NCBI GenBank assembly: GCA_944381365.1
Contig: CALWKW010000001.1
Location: 279,100-343,099 of the forward strand
Direction of reading: 5' to 3'
Length of the DNA stretch: 64,000 nucleotides
Source of the DNA: an uncultured Christensenellaceae bacterium
GTDB lineage: Bacteria > Bacillota > Clostridia > Christensenellales > UBA3700
The position numbers and the translations under genes are program-made. The notes below the pieces were generated by a model. It had not been told where the DNA came from. It was given only the letters and a program-made list of their open reading frames with translations, and did no database searches. Position 1 is the first letter of the stretch. Each line of letters starts with the position of its first letter. This document shows positions 1 through 10,056 of the stretch, piece after piece.

Positions 1-543
1 ATACTTGGGCACGCACCAAATACCTTTTATGGTATCATCGTTTGCGACAAGCTGTTCTACCAAATCCATATTGGGACCTTGGTCATTCATAGGGATATTT
101 ATCATTTCAATACCAAAATGCTCGCAGATAGCAAAATGTCTGTCATAACCGGGTACGGGACACAAGAACTTAGGTTTTGTATTGTTCCAAGGTTGTCCGC
201 CGCATACGCCAAACTGCAAGTTGCGTTGGATAGTGTCGTACATAAGATTAAGCGAGCTGCTTCCGCCGAGAATAACTTCGCTTGAATCAACGCCAAGCAT
301 TTCTGCAAAAAGCTTTTTCATTTCGGGAATACCGTCAAGCATACCGTAGTTGCGATAGCTTTTGGGCATATTCTCTATACCTTCGAGCTTGAACATATCG
401 CTTGCAATGTCAAGCTGTTCATTACAAGGCTTTCCTCTTGCAATGTCTACTTTAAAACCTTGCGAAACAAGGTTGTCGTACTCTGCCTTCTGGCGGTCGT
501 AGATTTGTTGAAGTTCTTCTTTTGATAATTGCTTAAAATTCAT
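1..543 (-). CDS. PLP-dependent aminotransferase (class I/II fold), 5' part only; C-terminus lies beyond the window start
   Basis: Manual reverse translation from the ATG at 543 gives MNFKQLSKEELQQIYDRQKAEYDNLVSQGFKVDIARGKPC...GIWCVPKY. This is an uninterrupted frame to position 1 and resembles Asp-aminotransferase-like PLP enzymes. An SD-like GAAGGTGAAAT sits upstream. Confidence 0.7.
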   Translation of the reverse strand, partial: MNFKQLSKEELQQIYDRQKAEYDNLVSQGFKVDIARGKPCNEQLDIASDMFKLEGIENMPKSYRNYGMLDGIPEMKKLFAEMLGVDSSEVILGGSSSLNLMYDTIQRNLQFGVCGGQPWNNTKPKFLCPVPGYDRHFAICEHFGIEMINIPMNDQGPNMDLVEQLVANDDTIKGIWCVPKY

Positions 544-738
544 ATTTCACCTTCTGAAAAGTTTTTTTACGATTTAATTTTTATTATTCTATCACACATA
601 CACGCACGCTTGCAACTTTATAATTATACAAATTATGTCAATTTTGTCTATATTTGCGACACTTTTGCGTATGTTTTATATTATTAGATACTTTATTCGT
701 TAATGTCGATTATTTTGATGAAAAAATCGACTTCTCTA

Positions 739-2055
739 TCAATCTTCTTCTTTTCGATTGCGTACGATAAGCTTTATGGGAGTGCCTTTGAATTCGAATG
801 TCTTTCTCAATGTGTTTTCCAGATATCTGAGATAACTGAAGTGCATGAGTTTTGCATCATTGACGAAAAATACGAATGTGGGAGGCTGTACTCCGCCTTG
901 CGTGACATAATATATTTTGAGTCTTTTTCCGTTGTGAGAAGGGGGCTCGACTGCTACTACGGCATCGCTTATTATGTCATTGAGTACGCCGGTAGCCACT
1001 CTCTTTGTGGATTCTGCATAAACCTCGAGAGCAAGCGACAAAAGTTTGTCCACTCTTTGTCCCGTCATTGCCGAAACATAAACGGGAACCATATAATCCA
1101 TAAACTTCAAATCGCTTTGCATCTTCTTGTTGAAAGTATTTATAGTGAATGTATCTTTTTCTACAAGATCCCATTTGTTCATGACGATTACTGAGGGCTT
1201 GCCTTGTTCATGCACATAACCGCAAATCTTTATGTCCTGTTCGCTCATGCCTTCGTTTGCGTCCACTACGACAAAGACTACATCCGCTCTTCTGACAGCG
1301 GCAAGCGAGCGAAGTACAGAATACTGCTCTATACCCTCATCGACAGCACTCTTTTTGCGTATGCCTGCGGTATCTATAATATTGAATTTTTGATTGTTCC
1401 ATTCAAAAGCCGTATCTATCGCATCTCTTGTAGTACCCGCAACATCGCTCACAATGACTCTGTCATATCCCAAAATCTTGTTTGTAATCGAGCTTTTTCC
1501 TGCATTGGGCTTGCCTACAATAGCCACTTGCAAGGTGTCTTTGTCTTCGTCAGCACTTACTTTGGGAAGATTTTCTATCACTGCATCGAGCAAATCGCCG
1601 ATGCCTTTTGATTGCTCTGCCGATATGCCTATCACATCGCCCACTCCCAAAGAATAAAAATCGTAGAGATTTTCCTGTTCATTATTGTCCAATTTGTTGA
1701 CAGCGACAATCACAGGCTTTTTGCTTGTACGCAAAAAGTCTGCCACTTCCAAGTCGTTTGCGGTCATACCTGCTTTGCCGTCTACCACAAAAATCACTTC
1801 TTCGGCAATTTCCACGGCTATTCTGGCCTGTTCTCTAATGTGACGCCACATTTTGTCTTCGCTCTTTATCTCGAGACCGCCCGTATCGATAAGCGTAAAA
1901 TTGAATCCGCACCACTCGGCATCACAATAGAGTCTGTCTCTTGTCACGCCTTTAAAATCTTCGACTATGCTTACTTTTTTTCCTACTATTCTGTTGAAAA
2001 GCGTGGACTTGCCTACATTAGGTCTGCCCACTATCGCCACCAAAGGTTTCATCAA
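739..2055 (-). CDS. der: Ribosome-associated GTPase Der/EngA
   Basis: 438 aa with two tandem GTPase domains: P-loops GRPNVGKS and GKPNAGKS, plus DTGG/DTAG and NKxD motifs, and a KH-like C-terminus. Confidence 0.95.
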   Translation of the reverse strand: MMKPLVAIVGRPNVGKSTLFNRIVGKKVSIVEDFKGVTRDRLYCDAEWCGFNFTLIDTGGLEIKSEDKMWRHIREQARIAVEIAEEVIFVVDGKAGMTANDLEVADFLRTSKKPVIVAVNKLDNNEQENLYDFYSLGVGDVIGISAEQSKGIGDLLDAVIENLPKVSADEDKDTLQVAIVGKPNAGKSSITNKILGYDRVIVSDVAGTTRDAIDTAFEWNNQKFNIIDTAGIRKKSAVDEGIEQYSVLRSLAAVRRADVVFVVVDANEGMSEQDIKICGYVHEQGKPSVIVMNKWDLVEKDTFTINTFNKKMQSDLKFMDYMVPVYVSAMTGQRVDKLLSLALEVYAESTKRVATGVLNDIISDAVVAVEPPSHNGKRLKIYYVTQGGVQPPTFVFFVNDAKLMHFSYLRYLENTLRKTFEFKGTPIKLIVRNRKEED

Positions 2056-2068
2056 TTTCTCCTTTAAT

Positions 2069-3361
2069 CTATTTGTCGTTGCACAATTTTTCTATGATTT
2101 TTACAAAACTTTCTCCGCCGTGAGATATGAGTATTTTGCTCTTTATCGCATCTTCAAGCTCTTTTACGGTCATGCCGTCCAAGAATGTGTCCGTAAATTC
2201 TCTCAGCATGTTTGACGGAATTATCGTATATTCGGGCATATCTTTGACTTGTTTTATGATATCTCCTGCCGTGATAAGTCCCGATACCGTAATAGTTCTG
2301 CCGAAAAAGTCATTGTATATATCGCAAATTCTTATATCGAGATTGGGAAATTTTATCTTGAGTTTTTGACTCTGAGCTTTTAGAATATCCTTAAAAGATT
2401 GTCCCGTAATGCTCGCCACTGATATTTTTTTGTCGCTTTTTTGAGCCTCTTCGAGTGCATGGTCAAACTCGTCTATAAACTCTGCACAAAGTCCCACTCC
2501 GTTTTCTATCTGGTCAAAGTCGCCATACTCATCAAAATCGGGAAGAGGCAACTCCGCTTTTATATAAAACTCATCGCTGCACCAACAAAAATTTCCGCCC
2601 ACGCTCTTGTTGAAATCTTCTACGAGAGCTATTGTCTCTCTTGCAGAATTTTTGTCAAAGCTATCCAAAGGATAGAGCTTTTCTCTGTGTCCCGTAAGTC
2701 CTACGGGTATTACTGCCACCGTCTGTACATTTGGAGATAATTTTCTAAGTTGAGTCAAAGTCTCCAAAAGCACTTCTTTGTCATTTATACCCTTGCACAA
2801 AACTATCTGAGTGTGCATGATAATGCCGTGTTTTGCCAAAAACTCCATTTTCTCAAAAATCTTGGCACTTTCGGGATTGGATACGAGTTTTGTCTTTATC
2901 GCCTTGTCATAGGCATGCACGGATATATACAAAGGGCTTAAGTGAAGTTTTGCTATTCTGTCAAGCTCTTTTTGTCCGATATTGCTCATCGTGACATAGT
3001 TGCCGCTGACAAAACTCAATCTGTAATCGTCATCTTTGACATAAAGCGTATCTCTCATGCCTTTGGGCAGCTGGTCTACAAAACAAAACAGACATTTGTT
3101 TTTGCATCTCATAGGCTCGAGCTGAACGCTCTCGTCAAGCTCAATACCCAAAGTTTCGTCCTCGCCTTTTTCTATGTCGATATCCACTTTTTCGCCTTGC
3201 TTTGTAAGAATATTTATGACGAATTCTTCCTGAGAATCATAATAGGCATAGTCAAGCACATCGACAATCTTCTCGCCGTTGAAGCCGAGAAGCTCATCGC
3301 CTGCCTCGAGTCCTATTTCTTCGCCTATTCCGCCTTTTTGTACTGATATAATCTTTGCCAT
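2069..3361 (-). CDS. DUF512-type PDZ plus radical-SAM-like protein
   Basis: N-terminal PDZ-like segment (GIGEEIGLEAGDELLGFNG) and a CKNKCLFC (Cx3Cx2C) motif. It sits directly upstream of der, as is typical in Clostridia. Start set at the ATG at 3361 (GGAG 5 nt upstream) rather than the GTG at 3367. Confidence 0.8.
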   Translation of the reverse strand: MAKIISVQKGGIGEEIGLEAGDELLGFNGEKIVDVLDYAYYDSQEEFVINILTKQGEKVDIDIEKGEDETLGIELDESVQLEPMRCKNKCLFCFVDQLPKGMRDTLYVKDDDYRLSFVSGNYVTMSNIGQKELDRIAKLHLSPLYISVHAYDKAIKTKLVSNPESAKIFEKMEFLAKHGIIMHTQIVLCKGINDKEVLLETLTQLRKLSPNVQTVAVIPVGLTGHREKLYPLDSFDKNSARETIALVEDFNKSVGGNFCWCSDEFYIKAELPLPDFDEYGDFDQIENGVGLCAEFIDEFDHALEEAQKSDKKISVASITGQSFKDILKAQSQKLKIKFPNLDIRICDIYNDFFGRTITVSGLITAGDIIKQVKDMPEYTIIPSNMLREFTDTFLDGMTVKELEDAIKSKILISHGGESFVKIIEKLCNDK

Positions 3362-3462
3362 ATTCACTCCGATTCTTTTATTATTATATATTAATACCTT
3401 AGTTCTGTAAAGTATTTGCTCCTACATAACATATATCTACGCTTTTGACACATAACAAAAAT

Positions 3463-4014
3463 ATGGAAGTTTTGATATTCTCTGCAATATTTTATCTTGT
3501 CTTGTGCTTTGTCATATCGCCTGTTTTGTTTGCAAAACAAGCGACATTTATCGTGCTTTCTTTTTCTTTTTTGTCCATATATCTTTTGAGTGAACTAAGC
3601 TTTTTTGTCTATGTATTTTGTCTTATTACAATTATTTCTCAGCTAAAAAGCTTTTTTGCAAGTTTATCTGAATGGCTATTGTTTGTATTGCTGTGCACAG
3701 GGACGACTTTTTGGCTCACAATGCAAGAATTTGTGGACGGATTTGCCTATTCGTATTTGTTTATAGCCACAACTATCGCCATATTTTCAAGACTTTCCTA
3801 TTCATCGTCAAACTGGCGATTTTTTGCTCTTTTTGACTATTTTTTGAGTAGCTTTATCAATATCCTCTTACAAAACTATACGGATACGACTATGTTTTTT
3901 ATAGGTTTTATTCTCATATTTATTCTCACGACAAATTATTCTATTTCTTTAAGCCGTGTAGATAAACATGCTTTTTCGATTTTTAACTATAATCTTATTT
4001 ATTCAAAACAATAA
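3463..4014 (+). CDS. Hypothetical polytopic membrane protein
   Basis: Highly hydrophobic ORF with about 5-6 predicted TM stretches and no recognisable motif. The start is uncertain (TTG at 3445 or ATG at 3463). Confidence 0.45.
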   Translation: MEVLIFSAIFYLVLCFVISPVLFAKQATFIVLSFSFLSIYLLSELSFFVYVFCLITIISQLKSFFASLSEWLLFVLLCTGTTFWLTMQEFVDGFAYSYLFIATTIAIFSRLSYSSSNWRFFALFDYFLSSFINILLQNYTDTTMFFIGFILIFILTTNYSISLSRVDKHAFSIFNYNLIYSKQ

Positions 4015-4032
4015 TACACATAATGCACAAAA

Positions 4033-4058
4033 AAAAGATATCAGAAATGATATCTTTT
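4033..4058. terminator. Bidirectional intrinsic terminator hairpin
   Basis: AAAAGATATC-agaaat-GATATCTTTT lies between convergent genes, with an A-run upstream and a T-run downstream. Confidence 0.6.
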
Positions 4059-4141
4059 CAAAATCAGTATTATTTTTTGTCACAAGATTTTAACTGACTT
4101 ATTTATTTTGATTTGTCAAAATTTTAAGACAAATCCATTTT

Positions 4142-4636
4142 TTACAAGCGAACGATTTGTTTGATGATAATAGGATCATAAGGCACATCGTCATAATAGC
4201 CTACTCTCACTGTCTTTACTTTTGAGATATCTTCAGCTACCTTTTTGCTTTCTTCGTCTAAAAGTTCGCCAAAGCCTGCATACTGTCCGTCAAGAAAATC
4301 GCAATCCTCTACGCAAATAAAAAACTGAGAAGAAGCACTGTCAGGCACATTTGTGCGAGCCATTGACAATGTTCCTATTTTGTGTCGTATAGGATTGTTT
4401 ACACCGTTGGCTTTGAATTCGCCTTTGATAGCTTTTGTCTCTTTAGGACAAAGAGATGCGTCCATTCCGCCGCCCTGAATCATAAATCCGGGGATTACTC
4501 TGTGAAAAATAAGACCGTTGTAAAAACTATTGTCCACAAGCTTCAAAAAATTTTGTACTGTGATAGGAGCCGACTCTTCGTCAAGACATGCATTCATCAC
4601 TCTGCCGTCAATAAGTTGTATTTGTATCTTTACCAT
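4142..4636 (-). CDS. ppiB: Peptidyl-prolyl cis-trans isomerase, cyclophilin type
   Basis: 164 aa with the FHRVIPGFMIQGGG and SMARTNVPDSASSQFFI cyclophilin signatures. Confidence 0.9.
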   Translation of the reverse strand: MVKIQIQLIDGRVMNACLDEESAPITVQNFLKLVDNSFYNGLIFHRVIPGFMIQGGGMDASLCPKETKAIKGEFKANGVNNPIRHKIGTLSMARTNVPDSASSQFFICVEDCDFLDGQYAGFGELLDEESKKVAEDISKVKTVRVGYYDDVPYDPIIIKQIVRL

Positions 4637-4741
4637 ATATCCTCCGTGTCAAAGCCAAAAAATTGCTTTGACAAATTTTCGTTTATGTTTTCTTTTCTAA
4701 CATTTAAAAGATTGATATTTATAGCCGAAACTATATTTTTA

Positions 4742-5029
4742 TCAATACTCATAGTCTACGCTGTGAGATTTTTCCACTACACCCTTTACATATTCCATTA
4801 CGGGAAGATGCACGGGATGAACTCTGTATTTTTCAAGGTCTTCCATGCTGTTGAATACACAATCAAGCACTACATCGAAGCTTCTTTGAGACTGCACTTT
4901 GTCCACACCTGAATTTATATCGACAAGCAAATCGATTTTTCCTTTCATAGACAAAAACTTGTCTACGAGAGCTTGTTTGTTTTCGTTTGTAGGATTGATT
5001 AATTTGTACATTACTATGTGTCTAACCAT
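4742..5029 (-). CDS. Dabb (stress-responsive dimeric alpha/beta barrel) family protein
   Basis: 95 aa, MVRHIVMYKL...YRVHPVHL...; size and motifs are typical of the Dabb domain. Confidence 0.75.
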   Translation of the reverse strand: MVRHIVMYKLINPTNENKQALVDKFLSMKGKIDLLVDINSGVDKVQSQRSFDVVLDCVFNSMEDLEKYRVHPVHLPVMEYVKGVVEKSHSVDYEY

Positions 5030-6362
5030 TTCTTTTCCTCCATTTGCTCTTTTTTTCTTGAGTTTCTATTTTTATCTCAGGCTCATCTTCTGTTTCGTCA
5101 ATTTCTTCTACTACTTCTTTGTTGGGATTGACGCCCGAATCCAAAAGGTCGAGGATTTCCAAAAATTTTTCACAGCCGTTGTTTGAAAAATAATTCTCGC
5201 AATGCTCCTTCCAGCCCTTTAAGTCTTTGAGATAACCTGCCATTGCCGTCTTTATTCTCTCATTGCTTATGCCAGAATAAGCAAAGCCGTTTGATACCAA
5301 AAACTTGCTGTTTTTTGTCTCGACATTGTTGACGCTGTCCATGAGAATCAAAGGTATGTTTCTCATAATAGCTTCAAAACAAATTGTCGATGTGGGAGCC
5401 GTGATAAGATAATCGGTAATTCTGTATACTTCGTCAAGTCCTTTTACATTGTCTGCAAAATAGATATTGGGAGTACACTGATTTTTTTTGCTCCATCTGA
5501 TGAATTTTCTGTATATGGATTTGTTGCCGTTTGTGATTACAAGTATGTTGCAATCCTTGAATTCTGCGACATCCTTTAAGGCATTGTAAGTATATTTTGA
5601 GCCGTATCTGCCGCCGATTATGGTGATTACGGGCAATTCATTGCGAATATTGTATTTGCTCTTTATCTCCTCTTTTGTACAGACAATTTCTACCTCTATA
5701 TCTTTGTCTTCTGTTTTGTCGCTTTCAGAAAAATCTTTCTTTGATTTTTTTGTATAATTCTTTTGATTTTCTACGACTTCCATTCTCTCGACAGGCATAT
5801 TGATAAGGAAGATATTGTCGGCATCGATACCTCTTTCGACAAGCTCTTCTTTTGTCTTTTTTGTGATTACAAAATATCCGTCAAGATATTTGTTTATAAA
5901 ATTATGCTGAAGGTCAAAATCTGTGAGAAGTGCAAAAATTTTGCCCGAAAGTCCGTATTTCTCTCTTGCAAGCACAGCTCTTTTTATGCCGAATTGCGAA
6001 GTGCAAATCACATATTCGCAATCATATCTCATACATATATTTTCAAGCTTTTTGTATCTTGCAAATATTTCAGAGGTAGGCTTGAAGTTTACCTCATTGC
6101 CATCGCTGTCCTTTTTTCTTTCTACTTCTGCCGAAGGAAAATTCGTGATAAGATTATTAAAAAAACAATTGTGCCTGTATGAGTATTTGTATGCTCTCAT
6201 AAAGTTTTTGAGCACATGAAAACTGTCATAGTCCTTTTCACTGACGCAAATGACATTGTATTTGCCGTCCTCTTTAAGGTAGCTTTTCAGTGCCAACGCC
6301 GACACATCAAACATATTGGAATAAATTATCAATACCGTCTTTTTCATAAATACCTTTTTCAA
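5022..6362 (-). CDS. Glycosyltransferase, GT28/MGDG-synthase-like (putative glycolipid synthase)
   Basis: 446 aa. The C-terminal half (VITIIGGRYGSKY...ITAPTSTICFEAIMRNIPLIL) resembles the Glyco_tran_28_C/UgtP-type fold. Acidic/basic tail. It overlaps the downstream Dabb gene by 8 nt. Confidence 0.5.
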   Translation of the reverse strand: MKKVFMKKTVLIIYSNMFDVSALALKSYLKEDGKYNVICVSEKDYDSFHVLKNFMRAYKYSYRHNCFFNNLITNFPSAEVERKKDSDGNEVNFKPTSEIFARYKKLENICMRYDCEYVICTSQFGIKRAVLAREKYGLSGKIFALLTDFDLQHNFINKYLDGYFVITKKTKEELVERGIDADNIFLINMPVERMEVVENQKNYTKKSKKDFSESDKTEDKDIEVEIVCTKEEIKSKYNIRNELPVITIIGGRYGSKYTYNALKDVAEFKDCNILVITNGNKSIYRKFIRWSKKNQCTPNIYFADNVKGLDEVYRITDYLITAPTSTICFEAIMRNIPLILMDSVNNVETKNSKFLVSNGFAYSGISNERIKTAMAGYLKDLKGWKEHCENYFSNNGCEKFLEILDLLDSGVNPNKEVVEEIDETEDEPEIKIETQEKKSKWRKRNG

Positions 6363-6472
6363 AAGGTCAAATGACCTTGTTGTCTTCTTCTACCTATCGA
6401 TTGTCTTTAAACAATCTGACTTTTTAGAGAAAATCTCTTTTATTATACTACCAAAAATACGCCACGCAAATA

Positions 6473-7699
6473 TTAATTGACTTTTTTTCTTAAAATATCT
6501 CTTTCGTGAAGCTTTTTGTCAGTAGGAATATACAATACTTGCTGAACGAGTTTTGCGTCCTCGACCTCTTGCATATTTTCGTCATACATCTTTTCTATTT
6601 TGAGAATATCGTCAAAATATCTGTCGTCAGGACTCAAAATTTCAAGCTCATCGCCTACTTTGAATCTGTTTCGCATTTCCACCATGAGCATGCCTTTCTG
6701 CTCGTCATAGCCTCTCACTTCTGCAATAAATTCATAATCGCATTTGGGCTGAGATGTCTCTAGACATACATTGTCTTTACTCTTATAATAAAATCCCGTG
6801 GTATACGCTCGGTGGCTGTTTTTGAAAAGCTCGTCAGATATGCTCTTTGGCAATTCATAGTCCTTTCCCTTGGCATAATATAAGTCTATCGCTTTGCGAT
6901 AAGCATTGATTACGCTTGCCACATAATAAGGCGATTTCATTCTGCCCTCTACCTTAAAAGAACTTACTCCGCTTTCGACAAGCTCGCCGATATGCTCTAT
7001 CATATTGAGGTCTTTTGAATTGAGAAGATATGTTCCTCTTTCTTCTTCGCCTATCGTAAGAGGTTGTCCCCCTCTGTTTTTTTCCACGATAGAAAACTCC
7101 CATCTGCAAGCCTGAACGCAATCGCCTCTGTTTGACGATCTTCCCGTCAAGGCATTGGACAAAAGACATCTTCCCGAATATGCTATGCACATAGCTCCAT
7201 GCACAAAAGCTTCGATTTCTGTATCTTCAGACAAAAAATCTCTGATTTCTTTTATGTCGTCCATAGAGGTTTCTCTCGCAAGCACTATTCTTTTTACGCC
7301 TTGCTCTGCCCAGAATTTTGCAGAATACTTATTTGTAGTATTGGCTTGAGTAGAAAGATGAATCTCGAGTTTTGGTGCGACTTCCTTGCAAAGAGCAAGC
7401 ACTCCTGCATCGCTTATAATCACCGCATCCACTCCCGCTTCTTCTAAGTCCTTAAAGTATTCTTTCAATGCGGGAAAATCGCTGTTGAAAGCAAATATAT
7501 TTGCCGCAACATAGATTTTTTTGCCTCTTTTGTGAGTATATTCTACCGCTTCTTTGAGCTGAGCTTTGTCAAAATTTTTGGCATTGGCTCTCAGGCTGAA
7601 ACAACTTCCGCCTATATATACTGCGTCCGCACCGAAATGCAATGCCGTCTTCAATTTGTTCATATCGCCTGCGGGAGCAAGCAATTCTACTCTGTTCAT
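6473..7699 (-). CDS. Peptidase U32 family protein (TrhP/RlhA-like putative RNA hydroxylase)
   Basis: 408 aa, MNRVELLAPAGD...GADAVYIGG...EAFVHGAMCIAYSGRCLLS; canonical U32 signature. Confidence 0.9.
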   Translation of the reverse strand: MNRVELLAPAGDMNKLKTALHFGADAVYIGGSCFSLRANAKNFDKAQLKEAVEYTHKRGKKIYVAANIFAFNSDFPALKEYFKDLEEAGVDAVIISDAGVLALCKEVAPKLEIHLSTQANTTNKYSAKFWAEQGVKRIVLARETSMDDIKEIRDFLSEDTEIEAFVHGAMCIAYSGRCLLSNALTGRSSNRGDCVQACRWEFSIVEKNRGGQPLTIGEEERGTYLLNSKDLNMIEHIGELVESGVSSFKVEGRMKSPYYVASVINAYRKAIDLYYAKGKDYELPKSISDELFKNSHRAYTTGFYYKSKDNVCLETSQPKCDYEFIAEVRGYDEQKGMLMVEMRNRFKVGDELEILSPDDRYFDDILKIEKMYDENMQEVEDAKLVQQVLYIPTDKKLHERDILRKKVN

Positions 7700-8298
7700 T
7701 TTTTCCTCACTACTGCGATACCGTTGCCCTCTTCAAAGACTGTGCTTTCAAAAAGCTTGCTGTTTTGGATATAATCCAAAAATTCTCGCATGTTTTTTAC
7801 TATCGTACGGTGTTTGTGTATTACTTTTTCTTGTCCTCTCACAAGTCCAAGATACAAGACATCATCGCACAAGACAATTCCGCCTTTTTCAAGATAGGGA
7901 TACAAAAATTCAAGCTGATTTTTGTATGAGGATTTTGCTCCGTCAATAAAGATAAAATCATATATTTTGTCTTTGACCACCTGAGGGAGCAATTCTTTTG
8001 AATCGCCTTCAAAAGAATTTATTCTCTCTTCTATGCCGAGAGCCTTCCACAATTCTTTTGCTTTTTTTATTCTCTCGTTGTCTTTTTCTATCGTGTCGAT
8101 TATACAATCCGACATAAGAGCCATGACTGATGACGAATAGCCTATCGCCGTGCCAATCTCCAGCACTCTTTTGGGAGAATTTTCTTCAAAAAGTCTTCTC
8201 AATACGACTTCGCATTCGTCCGCAAGAATCATGATATAATTTTCTCTTGCATAATCGTGCACCTTGTCCAATATCTTCTGACAAGTCGCATCTATCAT
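7696..8298 (-). CDS. Class I SAM-dependent O-methyltransferase (YrrM/TrmR-like)
   Basis: 200 aa with SAM motif VLEIGTAIGYS and the DFIFIDGAK motif of the catechol-O-MT-like family. It has 4-nt overlaps with both neighbours. Confidence 0.8.
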   Translation of the reverse strand: MIDATCQKILDKVHDYARENYIMILADECEVVLRRLFEENSPKRVLEIGTAIGYSSSVMALMSDCIIDTIEKDNERIKKAKELWKALGIEERINSFEGDSKELLPQVVKDKIYDFIFIDGAKSSYKNQLEFLYPYLEKGGIVLCDDVLYLGLVRGQEKVIHKHRTIVKNMREFLDYIQNSKLFESTVFEEGNGIAVVRKK

Positions 8299-9977
8299 TC
8301 TTCGTCCTCGCTTTTTTCTTTTATTTGCTCTATAAGCAAGGGCAAGACCATAGGTCTTTGTTTGAGCTTGTTGAGAATAACTCTAGAAATCTTTCGTTTG
8401 AGATTATTCTTCAAGCCGCCTCTTTCGCTTTCGTTTTTATAACTCGATGTGGCAAAAGTATCTTCTGTCAAAATCTTCATTTCTTCAAGGAATTCTTCGT
8501 CAAATACAATACCTCTTGTGAGAATATCTACCGATGTGAGCTGTCTGTTTTCTACATTGATATTGAGAAGAAGTATTACCACGCCGTCAGTAGAAAGCTG
8601 TTTTCTGTCTCTCAAAACAAGGCTGTCTACATTGCTGTTGCCGTCCACATAAACTTCGCCAGCTTCTATGCTGTCACTAAATTGTATGGATTTTTTCTTG
8701 ATTACTATCTTGTTGCCGATATCGACAAGTTTGATATTTTCTTTGGGAATTCCCATGGACAAAGCAAGTTCCTCATGCTTTTTGAGGTGTCTGTATTCTC
8801 CGTGTACGGGGATAAAATATTTGGGCTTTACCAAAGAAAGCATAAGCTTTAATTCGTCCTGACAAGCATGTCCCGATACATGCAGCTGCTCGAGTGAGCC
8901 GTACAAAACTTTAGCCCCTCTTCTATACAGATTGTTTATGAGAGTATAGACTGCTTTTTCGTTTCCGGGGATAGGCTGAGAAGATATAGCCACCACATCC
9001 TGCTCTCCTATCACGACTTCTTTGTCTTCGCCGTTTGCCATTCTTGTAAGAGCACTCATAGGCTCTCCTTGCGAGCCTGTGGAGATAATACAAAGCTTAC
9101 TCGGCTCGATACCCTTTATTTCTTCGATAGGCACAACCGTATTGTCCTTATAATCGAGAATATTGAGTTTTTTTGCCATTTCGCTTATGTTGACCATGCT
9201 TCTGCCGTCAAAAGCTACTTTTCTGCCCACTTTTTCGCAGATATTGATAATTTGCTGTACACGATTGACATTGGATGCGAAAGTAGCGATTATAATTCTT
9301 TTGTCGGGATTGGATTCGACAATTCTTTGCAATGTGATGCCTACTTCCTTTTCGCTTATGGTAGTACCCTTTTTCTCTATATTGGTAGATTCGCCGAGCA
9401 TAAGAGTGACGCCGCTGTTGCCTATATCGGCGATTCTACCCAAATCTATGCTTTCGCCGTCAACGGGTGTATAGTCGATTTTGTAGTCGCCTGTGTGGAA
9501 GACAACGCCTGCGGGCGTAGTAATAGACAACGCAAACGCTCCCAAAATGGAGTGCGTGACATTGATAAATTCTACTCCGAACACACCGATATTTTTTTTA
9601 TCTCCGCCCTTTACGACATTGAGCTTTGGCATATTGATTTTCTTTTCTGTAAGTTTGTGCTTTATGAGAGCGATAGCCAAAGAACTTCCGAATACAGGTA
9701 TATTTCCGCATTCCTGAAGAAGATAAGGTATGCCGCCGATGTGGTCCTCGTGTCCGTGAGTAATGACAATGCCCTTTATTTTGTCCAAGTTTTCTTTGAC
9801 AAAACTAAAGTCAGGAATAATCAAATCTATACCCGGAGTATCGTCCATGGAAGGAAATGTCGAACCGCAATCAATGAGCAAAATATCGTTGGCATACTTA
9901 ATGGCAGTCATGTTTTTGCCAATCTCGCCTACTCCGCCCAAAAAAGCAACTTCCAATTCTTTGTTTTTCTTAACCAA
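8295..9977 (-). CDS. rnj: Ribonuclease J
   Basis: 560 aa with the metallo-beta-lactamase motif HGHEDHIGG and beta-CASP architecture. TTG start, with AAGGAG 6 nt upstream. Confidence 0.92.
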   Translation of the reverse strand: MVKKNKELEVAFLGGVGEIGKNMTAIKYANDILLIDCGSTFPSMDDTPGIDLIIPDFSFVKENLDKIKGIVITHGHEDHIGGIPYLLQECGNIPVFGSSLAIALIKHKLTEKKINMPKLNVVKGGDKKNIGVFGVEFINVTHSILGAFALSITTPAGVVFHTGDYKIDYTPVDGESIDLGRIADIGNSGVTLMLGESTNIEKKGTTISEKEVGITLQRIVESNPDKRIIIATFASNVNRVQQIINICEKVGRKVAFDGRSMVNISEMAKKLNILDYKDNTVVPIEEIKGIEPSKLCIISTGSQGEPMSALTRMANGEDKEVVIGEQDVVAISSQPIPGNEKAVYTLINNLYRRGAKVLYGSLEQLHVSGHACQDELKLMLSLVKPKYFIPVHGEYRHLKKHEELALSMGIPKENIKLVDIGNKIVIKKKSIQFSDSIEAGEVYVDGNSNVDSLVLRDRKQLSTDGVVILLLNINVENRQLTSVDILTRGIVFDEEFLEEMKILTEDTFATSSYKNESERGGLKNNLKRKISRVILNKLKQRPMVLPLLIEQIKEKSEDEE

Positions 9978-10027
9978 AATTACTCCTTTTTTGAATTTTT
10001 CGTTTCAAAACATATTAATACATTATA

Positions 10028-10056
10028 ATTATATATTAAAAAAGCATAATTGACAA
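10028..10056 (-). promoter_or_regulatory. Putative sigma-A promoter of the rnj operon (TTGTCA-17-TATAAT)
   Basis: Read on the minus strand: TTGTCA, a 17-nt spacer, then TATAAT, about 50 nt upstream of the rnj start. Confidence 0.5.
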
